DNA of 64,000 nucleotides from the human T2T-CHM13v2.0 reference genome, Homo sapiens: the NCBI RefSeq assembly GCF_009914755.1, contig NC_060933.1; one strand, given 5' to 3'. The translations under genes were made by a program, and so were the position numbers. Positions 13,662 through 26,700 of this stretch are shown here, one piece after another (positions within the stretch are counted from its first letter, which is position 1; every line of letters starts with the position of its first letter). The notes beneath the pieces are model-generated. The model ran no database searches. It saw only the letters and a program-made list of their open reading frames with translations, and was not told the origin of the DNA.

Positions 13662-14168
13662 CAAAGGTCAACAACTTATTCTATAAAGGCCAGATATTAA
13701 ATATTTTAGGTTTGTGGGTTATGCATTCTCTTTCACACCTATTCACCTCTGTTGTTATAGCAAGAAAGCAGCCATACACAGATAAGACTTAAACTATTAG
13801 GTGTGTCAATGTTCCAATAAAACTGTACTTAGGCCAGGTGCAGTGGCTCACACCTGTAATCCCAGCGCTGTGGGAGGCCAAGGCAGGAGAATTGCTTGAG
13901 CCCAAGAGTTTGAGATCAGCTTAGGCAACACATTGAAACCCTGTCTCTACAAAAAAATAAAATATTAGGCAGGCATACCTGTAGTCCCAGCTACTTGGGA
14001 GGCTGATGGGGGAGGACTGCTTGGGCCCTGGGGGTCAAGGCTGCAGTGGAGCAATGATTGTGCCACTGCACTTCAGCCTGGGTAGAAGAGTAAGACCCTG
14101 TCTCCAAAAACAAACAAACAAACTTTATTTACACAAACAGACACCTCACCAGCTTTGTTTGGGCCCTG
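13662..14168. mobile_element. MER58A-like hAT MITE interrupted by an Alu
   Basis: aaaggccagatattaaatattttagg...gaaagcagccata...gttccaataaaact resumes as aaactttatttacacaaacag after the Alu. Confidence 0.75.
13832..14119 (+). mobile_element. Alu (AluJ-like) nested in MER58A
   Basis: Dimeric Alu, about 10-nt deletion at the right-arm start, (CAAA)n tail, degenerate TSD aaact(g/t)ta(c/t)tta. Confidence 0.95.
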
Positions 14169-14301
14169 AGGACGATGAAAAGGCGGACTAGATATTTAAT
14201 GGAAGTCAATAGTAGATCACAAAAAAGCTCTAAGAGTGTGGTTTAGGAAGCAGTTACCTAGGAGATGAGCCATAGATGAAGACTTAAAAAATATTAAACT
14301 G

Positions 14302-14595
<294 letters not shown>

Positions 14596-15017
14596 TTAAA
14601 CTGCCTAACTTGCAAATTTCAGCATAAACATATCATCAAAGATTATGATCTGTCAAATTTCTTGAATATATCAAAATTTTCTGCTTTATAATTACTAGAT
14701 CATATCGAGTCACCAAGTTGTGACAACTTTTGGGGAAGTATCCATGGAACTATGATACATGATGATTTTTTAAGTGTCATAAAATCTGTAAGCTGAGAAC
14801 TAGACTGCTGCCTAATTTCATGATCTTCACATATCTGACTGTGGAGGAGTCAGGTCTGGATCTTGTAGGGTTAGGAATATGAGTTAGGCCAATGGCGCTG
14901 TGGAAAAGGTAGGTCAAGAACTCATTTATCAGGATGGAGTGGGAAAAGATGTCACCTACTTTAATATATTATGGGCCTAACCATCTGCTGATGTGTCCCA
15001 TACCAATGGTATTGTTA

Positions 15018-15333
<316 letters not shown>

Positions 15334-15647
15334 ATTCATTTCCAAATGCAATCTAACCAGAAGTTGCATATACAAAATATATAAAAGTGAAGCTGTTCTA
15401 GGTGAAGCTGGAGTAATCATGGGTCAGAGAACATCCAATCAGGTATTACTCCCTTTTTCTCTTCAACTTGCTTAAGTATCTCAGTGGGCTGAACTGTACT
15501 TGCTTAAGTACAGTTTGAAAAGCCCTTTTCTCTATAGTGAGTTGATACCAATTTTTTGCCTGACTTGTGTCCACTCCCCTTCACTCTGGTAATAGAAGCT
15601 ACATTTCCTTTTGGGAACTTGTCCCTTACACTCAACACCAGTATTTC

Positions 15648-15961
15648 TTTCTTTTCTGTTTTTTTTTTGTTGTTGTTTGTTTGTTTTTTTTTGAGACAGG
15701 TTCTAACTCTATGACCCACGTTGGAGTGCAGTGGCAGGATCGCGGCTCCCCACAGCCTCCATCTCCTGGGACTCAGTCTCCCAAGCAGCTAGGACTAGAG
15801 GTGCATGCCACCATACCCAGCTAATTTTTCTGTATTTTTTTTGTAGAGATGGGGTTTCCCCATGTTGTTCAGCCTGGTCTCGAACTTCTGGGCTCAAGTG
15901 ATCCACCTGCCTCGGCCTCCCAAAGTGTTGGGATTACAGGCATGAGCCACCATACTCAGAC
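15648..15961 (-). mobile_element. Alu (AluJ-like)
   Basis: Reverse Alu with a right-arm deletion; TSD aa(c/t)accagtatttc. Confidence 0.93.
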
Positions 15962-16462
15962 AATACCAGTATTTCATAGAACTGAATATTCCTTAGCCAG
16001 GCCTAGAAAACCAGTCTGCTCCCAGCACCCTGAGCATAACAACTGGTTCAAGAATAGGCAAGTGACCTAAGTCTGGACAGTGCAATTGAATCCAGGAACT
16101 TACTTAGAACTACTGGGAATTTCTTCTCTTTCCTCTAAATTTGTACCTAATGAATATGCTTGAGAATGCAAATCATATGAAGAAGATCTAGGCTGCAAGA
16201 CAATCTGACAAATATCTAGTACTGATAATATTGTTTGATTGAGAAGATTTGGCAGTGCTTTGAGGCTGGTACTATCCCTGGAATCTTCTGTTACATGAGC
16301 CAACAAAATCTGTATTTCCTTGTCCCTCCACTACCTCTCCCTGTCCCCTCTGCCATTTTCTCACTGTCTACTTGAAGTCACATTCTGTAAGTTGGAACTA
16401 AAAGAGTTCTATTACAACTACCCTTTGAGGTACTTTTCTAGCTGATTAAAAAGTAATTTCAA

Positions 16463-16794
<332 letters not shown>

Positions 16795-17004
16795 CTAAAA
16801 GTATGTTAGTTCCAGGCTGAATGCAATTCACAATTTCTGCAATGAATGGAATGAAGAGTATTCTAAACAATTTCACATCTTATACGGATTTACAAAGAGG
16901 GACGAATGCCTTCAACAGCATTAATAAGGAAAAATAATGGTGAGGAAGAGTATAAAGAAAATAACCCTTTAAGTATCAACTATATATCAGGCATCATTCT
17001 AGAG

Positions 17005-17204
17005 CAAATTTGTCCAAACCATGGCCCAGGATGGCTTTGAATGCGGCCCAATACAAATTCATAAACTTTCTTAAATGAGATTTTTTTTTGCCATTTATTT
17101 TTAGTTTATCAGCTATCGTTAGTGTGTTAGTGTATTTTATGTGTGGCCCAAGCCAATTCTTCTTCCATTGTGGCCCAGGGAAGCCAAAAGATTGGACATC
17201 CCTG
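17005..17204. mobile_element. MER30-family MITE inserted in a MIR
   Basis: Same body as 7971-8180 but shorter at the 5' end; hAT-type 8-bp TSD ttctag(a/g)g at 16997-17004 and 17205-17212; MIR-like sequence continues to about 17330. Confidence 0.85.
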
Positions 17205-17399
17205 TTCTAGGGGCTATTAGCTCATTTAATCCTTCAATTAAAAAGCATACAAACACAGTATTATTATTATTGCTTATTCTGAGATTATAGGCTCAATCAG
17301 GTTAGGTAACTGGCCTAAGGTCACTTAGCAACTTCATTCAAGAAAATTCTGTTTTCACCACATGTTCGAATAAATAGTCAATATGAAACCTGCAAGTCC

Positions 17400-17830
17400 T
17401 CATCATGTCGGAAGTCCCTAACTGCCAGCAATCTGGGCTACTTGCCCATCACTCTGCTGAAGCAAGCATTTCAAAGGTCACCAACACCTGCCTTTCTGTG
17501 AAATCCAATAGCTTTTTTCCTTCATTATTCTCCACAGTCTCTCCATAGCAGCTGACCTTATTGATCACCACTCCTCCTAAAATGCTCTCCTCCTTCATTC
17601 ATGCATACATTCATTTATCCACCAGCACCTATTAACTTATCTCTGAGGTACGTGCTGTATGCAGATGCAAAAGTAATTTATGTTGTGGCCTCCACCTTCA
17701 AAAGCAGACAGATGTAGGCAATATAAATGCCATAAAAAAGATTTGACAAAGTACTGTGGGACACAGAAGAGAGGGCAATGCTGCCGGGAATGCAGTCTCC
17801 TAACTCGGAAGTCAGCAGGCAAGAAAGGAG
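17400..17830. mobile_element. L2 fragments (two, opposite orientation)
   Basis: aaggtcaccaacacctgcc...aaatccaatag...tgatcaccactcctcc, then cattcatgcatacattcatttatccaccagcacctatt. Confidence 0.55.
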
Positions 17831-17862
17831 GAGGAGACTACTGTAGGTAGACGGAACTAAGG

Positions 17863-18042
17863 CAGTGATTCTCACTCATTGTGTGCATCAGAATCAAGTG
17901 GAGGACCTGTTGAAACAGACTGCTGGGCCACCTCCCCCAGAGTTTCTGATTCACTGGGTCTGGGCATCAAGAATCTGCATTTCTAACAAGTCTCCAGAAG
18001 ATGCTGATGCTACTGGCCAGGACCATACTCTGAGAATCACTG
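17863..18042. mobile_element. MER5A hAT-Charlie MITE
   Basis: Perfect 12-bp TIR cagtgattctca / tgagaatcactg; internal gaatctgcatttctaacaag...gatgctgatgct; degenerate 8-bp TSD aactaagg/aattaatg. Confidence 0.9.
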
Positions 18043-18243
18043 AATTAATGGGTATGTGTTAGGGAACCATCTAAAGAATGTAACACTTGCAGCAAAATAG
18101 TTGGAAATTAGTCCAAAAAGATCAGATTAGCAGACTGTAAGTAAGGAGCTGTATTTATAAAGGCAAAGACCTGTGGAAAGCTTATAATTTTATTTCTTGT
18201 TAATAGGATTAGGAAAGTATTAAACATTTTATAAGAGGAAAAT

Positions 18244-18565
18244 GGGTAGGTGTGGTGGTACATGCCTGAAATCTCAATGCTTTGGGAGGCTAAGATGGGA
18301 GGATCACTTGAAGATAGGAATTGGAGATCTGCCTGGACAACACAGTGAAACCATGTCCACAAAAAAAAAATAAAAAATTAACGAGCCAGGCAAGGACAAG
18401 TGTGGTAGAGCAAGCCTATAGTCCCAGTTACTTGAAGCAACAGAGACAGGAGGATCACTTGAGCCCAGGAGTTCCAGGCTGCAGTGAGCTATGATCCTGC
18501 ACTATACTCCAGCGTGGATGACAGAATGAGACCGCATCTCTAAACAGCAAAAGATTAAAAGATAA
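18244..18565 (+). mobile_element. Alu (diverged AluJ)
   Basis: Diverged dimer, ggaggatcacttgagcccaggagttccaggctgcagtgagctatgat. Confidence 0.9.
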
Positions 18566-18769
18566 AAATGATTTTTAGTTTTAGATGTAAAATTCTGATA
18601 AGAGTGCAGAAATTTAATTAAAGCAATAGTTGTCACATGGGAGACATGACACCTATCCAGCAGGAACAAAAGCTGGTGAAGGTACTGGATGAACCTTGGC
18701 CACAGAGCCAGAACCAACCAACGCAGGAAAGTTCAGAAGTAAGAGGGTTGTTTTAACTTTGAAAATTGT

Positions 18770-19070
18770 GGCCAGGCATGGTGGCTCATGCCTGTAATCC
18801 CAGCACTTTGGGAGGCCCAGCACTTTGGGATCACCAGAGGTCAGGAGTTTGTGACCAGCCTGGCGAATATAGTGAAACCACATCTCTATTAAAACTACAA
18901 AAATTAGCCAGGCATGGTGGTGGGCACCTGTAATCCCAGCTACTCAGGAGGCTGAGATAGGAGAATCTCTTGAACCCGGGAGGCAGAGGTGGCAGTGAGC
19001 CAAGACTGCCCTATTGCACTCCGCCTGGGCAACAAGAGTGAAACTCCGCCTCAAAAAAAAAAAAACAAAA
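18770..19070 (+). mobile_element. Alu (AluSq/Sx-like) with an internal templated replacement
   Basis: Full dimer; TSD core ctttgaaaattg; duplicated cccagcactttggga. Confidence 0.95.
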
Positions 19071-19534
19071 CCCACAGCCTTTGAAAATTGCCCCAGATGA
19101 TCATGACACATATGCCCCCACTCACATACCACACTGAAAATTGGAGATAGAAACGGGGAGGGATGGCTTAGAGCCAAGTGAAGAGAGCAGGGCATTTTTG
19201 CATTACTCCACTGGGACATGACTTAATTCAGTGGACTTCTCAGTAGAGTATGCCTAAGCTCAGGGTATAAAAAGGCCTTCCATGAGGTATGCAAACACAA
19301 GGACCCAATTTCCAGATCTTGCAGTTCCATATTTACTCTAAAACTGATCCACTTGAGAATGGGCCTCCAAGTACATGAATTCATTCTTGTTTCTCTTCTG
19401 AAAATTGTACCCTTCCTTCTTTACAAAATAAAGGTAGATACTTGGCTTATATTCTATATGGTACACTAGCCCAGGGTGTAAAACTCTTCTGAGTGCTAAA
19501 ATAATTCACAATTTGATTATTAAAAGAATTAATA

Positions 19535-19840
19535 GGCCAGCTGTGGTGGCTCACACCTGTAAATCCAGCACTTTTGAGAAGCTGAGCCAGGTGGATTGTT
19601 TGAGCCTAGGAGTTCGACACCAGCCTGGGCAACGTGGTGAAACCCCATCTCTACAAAAAATACAAAAATTAGCTGAGCATGGTGGCACGTGCCTGTAGTC
19701 CCAGCTACTCGGGAGGCTGAGGTGGGAGGATCACTTGAGCCCACGGAGGTCGAAGCTGCAGTGAGCCGTGACTGAGCCACTACACTCCAGCCTGAGCAAC
19801 AGAGTGAGACCCTGTCTCAAAAAATAAACAAACAAAAAAA
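19535..19840 (+). mobile_element. Alu (AluJb-like)
   Basis: Full dimer; TSD aaaa(g/c)aattaata. Confidence 0.95.
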
Positions 19841-21150
19841 ACAATTAATAAAGGCTCATATTTCCCTGACTATACACAGATGAGTAAAGTGTAGCTAGAT
19901 CTCATACAGGATTTAGGACTATGCTGGAATGTTCAGAATTCAGACATCATGTAAAATGGGCAATGATAATGAACTCTCCTCTTACATTCTTATCTATTTT
20001 AGTAATGTATTGCTCTTTAGAAAGCATCCTATGGGAGCAAAGCATGAGTGTCCAATAATGAAAATGGTCTCCCTCCTCGAACCCCACATATTCAAAGCTA
20101 AGATATTCTTTTCAACTATCCTCAACACTCATTCATCCCTAGGAGGCGTCTTCACCTGGGAAGAAAAGCCCCTAAGCAAATGTAAGTGATGCCCACTCTT
20201 TTAATTTTAGTTTGAATATTTTCCTGTCCCTACAAAATTTGTAGAACACACTGAATAAAAGGTGTGGATAGAAATGTTACCTAATTTCTTTCAGAAACTA
20301 TGTTTATCATTTAGTAAGGTAGTTACAGCCTACATAATCAAATAATAGCAAAATATTTACCATTAATCATCATTTTCATCTTAAAAGATTTTGAATACCT
20401 TCTACATACTGCTAATAAAATTAACAGAATAAATTATAATCCAAATGTCAAAGCACTTAATTTTTAGCAAGTATGTAAGTTCCTCTTTCATTAAGCATAT
20501 AAAAACAGTTTGGTCATGATACCTAGCAAAATTGATAAATATTTTTATATATTACTCTTACCTAATTTTTTCCTAAAGTCCAACACTAAATTGTGTGATA
20601 CACATGGAACCGTATTTATCAAAGTGATATCATGACTTCTAACATACTTCTCATTTCATAAATAAGTTATATATTATAGTACATAATTACTAATTAAGTA
20701 AAGAGAAATAGCATGTGTATTATAAGCTGAATAAATAAATTTTACTAGCACCACATTTTATTCTGGACTGTTTTAGTAATGTATCATAAAAGATGCATTC
20801 CATAACTTATTGATATGTTTTTATAAGTTTTCACAAAGTGCATTTATTTGAAGTGAAATGTGAACTCAGCTTTTTCTAATAAAAATTAAGTCAAATTTGT
20901 CAGTCCCACTGATCAAATATGATCATTTGACCATATCATTGGATTTGCAAATTAGGCTACCTGGTGGAAATTTTCATCAATTAAGATAGCTAAGTCTGCA
21001 ACAGTAAGATAAAAGCATTTTGTTAAAAAAAAATTGCAGAAGTTATTTGAATTAAAAACTAATACAGTATTTTTATTTTCTCAATCTTTTCTGGGTATAC
21101 AGGGATAAACAACATGCCTCTAAACTGAAGACTAACGATTAAATTTATAG

Positions 21151-21280
21151 GGCAGGACTTGGTCGCTCATGCCTATAATCCTAGCACTTTGGGAGGCCTA
21201 GGAGGACAGATCACTTGAGGCCAAGAGTTCGAGACCAGCCTGGCCAACAGAGCGAAACCCTGTATCTACCAAAAAAAAAA
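21151..21280 (+). mobile_element. Alu left monomer (FLAM or truncated Alu)
   Basis: Left arm only, ending ctgtatctaccaaaaaaaaaa. Confidence 0.9.
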
Positions 21281-22859
21281 ATTATAAATCATTATTTGAT
21301 ATAATTTCTTAAAGCCCTTTTCCATAAATTGAAAAAGAAATGACTATAACAATATCTGAGTAATACGTAGGATGGTTTCAATTTCTTAGCTTTTAGCAAA
21401 CCAATCAAGTGCTGTGTAATTTTTGGCATATAACTTGAAATGACTTCTAAGAAATGAATGACAATGTGGTAACAAACCTCCTAGTCCCATGTATTCATGT
21501 GAACAGATGTCTCAGCAGTTACAGCTGTAGAAATGAAAATTGGGACTAGAACTGATAGTGTACCTTTTCTCTTTTTTGTAATAAGTACTATTCATCCATG
21601 GATACATGAACTAATCTGAGAAGAAAAAAATTTATAGTCCCAACTATTTCACCGGCAGATACTTCACTGACAGATACATTTCTAACAAAAACCCACTTTA
21701 TGTTTAACAAATTGTTAAAATTAGTAATATTTATATCGCTTGGATTTTATCACTGTGATGACAGTTTTTAAAATAAAATTTCTATTTCTAAATATTTTAT
21801 TAATTTTCATTGTAGGCATGCATGTTGAGTGATAAAAGACTTTCCAGTGAACATTTATGGTAATGTTATTTGGGGGAAAAGGAGTGGAAACAACAGTTAA
21901 GGTTAAAAAATAATGACAGAAAGCAACAATTTCATGTTTCCAGTGTTTTTAAAAGATGCTCGTTGTCTTCCAGATTAAAGACAGAGTCTCTAGGGCCAGA
22001 GTCTAATCCCAGCTCTGCCACTTACTTGCTGTAAGATATTCGTAAGTAACTCAGCATATGAGAATGTTAGGGTAGTCCTTAGTTTTCAAAATTATTTTAA
22101 GTATAAGCAAGCCAGTGACCTGAAGACTACAATCTTAATGTAAGGAGAAAGGAGAAGAAAGCATAAAATCAAGACCAAGCTAAGAAGTAGGAGGAAAAAC
22201 AGATGCTTGTAGTAAAGATGAGGCACAGCTACAAAATGATTGGGATTTTCCAGTTTGGAAGATCTGGAGGCAAAATCAACGAGATTCAGAGGAAACATCA
22301 GGTTTCCAGACAAACTGCCTCTCCACCTGCCCACCTGTGATCATTTGCCCCTAGGAATCCAACTATTCCTACACTATGCAGATGATCCCTAACCTTTAAA
22401 TTTCGCTCTGCCCAAGCTCAACTCCAAACACATACTTGACTCCTTTTGCTGTGAAAGGTAGAACTGGGAAACTAGGCCAAAATATTTGAAATCAGACTTC
22501 TTTGTGTGTCATTTTCTCATAGGTGCTTATTGACAAAATGTTCTAAATTCAAGAAAAAGGAAAACAAAAAGACAATTACCCATAATCCCACCACCCAAAA
22601 CAATGATTGTCCACATGTTAAGATGTATCTACATCTACTTTTTTCAATACATAACTTTATATAGTTGAGGTCATACTGTAGATAAAAGTTTCTATCTTGG
22701 TGGCGGTGTTGTCTCCCTTAACATTATCTAGCACGAACATTCAAAATTATCTCTGACTACTTTCCCTTGCTTCCGTAGGTCATCGTCATCCTTAATCACT
22801 TTAAACTCTTCCATTGCAGTTTTTCCTGGATCAATTTCTTCTTTCTAGTCTAATTTATA

Positions 22860-23340
22860 CCATTTTAGAGCAGGCTTTTAGACCTTCATAACTTCATTAC
22901 TACAAGGGCTCCTAACTGATTTGGTCTCTCTCTGTTCTCACTGGCCTATTATATGCTAAAGAAAACCAAGTCAATCTTCTCAAAATACTGCTTAGTCTTT
23001 CCTCTGTTCAAAATTTCCAATGACGTCCCCAGCCTCTTCACACACATAACTGCCCCACTTCTCTCTCACCCACACACAAAATCCTTAACCTGGGTCAGAA
23101 GACCTTGGACAGATTGATTTACTTTCCAGTCTAGTAACTCTCTGACATGGGCCCTCTGATCTGCCCAAAGTAAGGTTCCCAGCACCTTCACATATTACTA
23201 GCACTTTACTATTTGGTCACTAAATGTGTATTTCCTGTCCCATGCTAAGTTTTAGAGATTTAGTGAAGAACAAAACAGCTATGATTTGGGCCCACTTGAA
23301 GTTAATACACTAGTGAAGAAAACAGACTTTTAAAAATTAC
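22860..23340. mobile_element. L2 fragments
   Basis: ttactacaagggctcctaactgatt...cctctgttcaaaatttccaatgac L2 motifs. Confidence 0.5.
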
Positions 23341-23342
23341 AC

Positions 23343-23704
<362 letters not shown>

Positions 23705-26700
23705 TCAATGGGGTGGGAGTCGGGTATTCCAGGCAAAGCCAATTCGGCCAGGACATGAACAAGAGAAGAACCAAGATGACGCCAGAGAGATAAGCGAGGT
23801 TCCATCCGTAAAGCTGTATTTTCTCAGAACGTTTACTTTCAACGCTGTTCAAGTGTCTTTCTTCTTTCTTATTAACTCCTCTAACTACCTTTTCTTTCCC
23901 GTTTCGATTTATATTCTATTTTCTTTTTCCATGTAGCCTAGAGAGGCTCCCTCATATAAGAGGAAATGGACTCTACCATTTCCTGGGATCACTTATGTTC
24001 CTACTTATCTCAAGACCTTGATTTTGAGCAGCAACCATACCTGAAACAAAATCACTAAAGAGTGTTGAGTAATCATACTGTTGGATGGATGAACACAGTT
24101 AAGTGTATATAATAGAATAAAAAGCCATTATTCTATTTTCAATGGAAGGGGTAAATGTATGATTCCACCATGCCACCAAATTCTTAATTTCATCCATGTC
24201 CCTTTCTCAACCCTTCTTTTGTTCTAGACAGCACCCCCTCACAGAATAAGTGAAGGTGGGTAATTAAGGCAATTTGGAGGGTAAGGTGGCGCTGCTAGCT
24301 AAGCAGGAATCCTGAGTAAACTTGGCATATTTTCTTTCTTACTAGGTCAAGTATTACTTGGGAGATTACAATGCACTTTTAGTAGAAAAACAGGATAGAA
24401 GTCTAATATGGTTAAGAAAAAGAATCTTAATTGCAAGGTACACAGACTGAATCATAATACACAGACTTTATGAAAATCATCCATAATGGTAGCACAAATC
24501 ACTAGATTTGTGATCAATACGCTAGACTGATGGCCTTATAGCTATAGAAAAAGGTGTAGTATAGACCCTGGAAAGTCGTCAGAGAATAGTCACACAGTAA
24601 GACTGTAAGAAGAGCATCTATAAAGACAGGATTATTTTTCTTTTGTAAAAGACCTGGAGGAAAAACAAACAAAGGGTCAATTAATCTCTTTTTAGTATGC
24701 AGAATTTCATCTGGAAAAAGCAAAAGCTTTAACTGCAAGATAAAGATATTAGAAAAAAGGAAAAAAATTCATACAATACAAGCTCCTTAAACTGTGAATG
24801 AGGTTACTGATGGGACATAATTTACTTGGATTTCCTAAAATGCTAGAAACAGAGGCCTAAACTGGCAATTTTATGGCTACAAAACAAAGGAGAAATTGAG
24901 GCCTGGATATAATTTCAATAAATATTTTGATAAGATCTATAGTTTTCCAAAGGAACATGGTGGCTAAGCCACAGGACCCCAAAATGACACTTGAGTCTGA
25001 ATGAAGAAAACTCATTTATGTGGGAACAGAATTGCCATAAGGACAACAGCTGAGATTTCTGTGCTTCATTAATGTATGTAATATAAATGTAAAATGAGCA
25101 TAAAACATAATGCAAAATGGGTAATAAATGTAAAGTAATATGTACTTTTAACTATACTGCTAACTTAAAGAACAAAGTAATGTCCTTTATAAAATTCAGT
25201 TTTCAAATGTATAAAATAGTGCTGGGGGTGGGTGAGGGGTAGTTATAAAAGAACACATCTATCACATGAAATGCGAATAACAATTTTTTATTTCTATTTT
25301 AAATAACAGGAATTGCTCCTCAAACCTTCAAATAAATTAAAATAAATGTAAACCTGTAATTCTACAGACTTCACTTCCAATATTTTCTGTGAAGGTCACA
25401 GAAATAAGAACATATTCAGATACTTTTTTTTCTTAATGTAAGAGTATAAAAGTGCTTTTCACTGATCCTACAAAATTGGCTCTCAGTGATAGTTTATAGT
25501 TCTTAGTTTTCCACAACTTTTTTTAAACACAACTTTCCTTAAAAGTCAAATTCAAGTGACTCAGTTGGTTTCCACAGGAATATGCTCATTTCAGGTCCTG
25601 AGGTCCAGTGGAGTCCATCTAGCTGTTCAGGCATGGCAGTGTGAAGCTAGCAGCCATTCAATAAGATAAGAAGTATGTGAAGTACAATGATTTTTCAAAA
25701 CCACTTACTTTGTAGAATAAAACAATTAAAAATCTGTACGAAAAGGGTCTAAATGGAAACCTGTTATTTCACTAATTTTCAGTCCTGCCCTGGATATTTC
25801 AAAATTTTTAATGCTAATTTGAAGTAATTTTACAAGTTAAAAAAGAAGGCTTATTCTTTTATTTTGGGAGAAAGCCAAGTGAGCCTTAAATTACAAGGCT
25901 AATTGTTTCGAGAACTCTGGGTCTCTTGCCTCAACTCCCTTTAGAATTCCAAATTACAAGCATCAAGTGGTCAGCTTTTAGGAGCTCTGGATCCTAGACT
26001 ACTATTTGAATTTCCAATAGATTAACATTTAACACACGTCTTTAGGGATTGTTTTTATGAAACTCTTTCCACGATTACTTTAAGAGTTCTAAAAGTTGTT
26101 AGCGATGAGATTTTTATTGGAGCAATTTCTGGGGTCAGATTTTAAAGTTTTCATTATTTATAAACAGAATATTTTTACCACTCCTATCTCAAATGTCCAG
26201 GCCATAACCTCTGAATTTATGAGGGTGGTGGCTCTTCATTTTTGCTAATACGACCAATAATTTTCAATTATACCACACTTCATAATAAGCACACTATACC
26301 CAATATAATGATATGTCATTTCAATGTACCTAGCCCATGCACTTCCACAGGTTTAATGGGATTTTGCGTATTTAGAATTTCATCATAAAGGGGCCCTTTG
26401 GAATCATTATCACATCAATCCTTTCCCATTGTAAGACTCAGCTCTCTTACCAGGCAAAAGCATCAGGGCTCAAGGCAAAGACTTAGTCTACTCTTAGATT
26501 GTAAGCTAGATCCTAATAAAAGCCTTAACACTTGGGGAGAACATTAATATAGGGCAATGATGACACATTAAAACTTTTTAGTGAATCAGGAGATCGTGAA
26601 GGCAGGCAACAATTGTGATTAAGAGAAAAATTTCTTATGACGTGAAGTAATATTTAGATCTGCACATTTTATTCACTACTTCTGGGGGAAAGAACTATGT

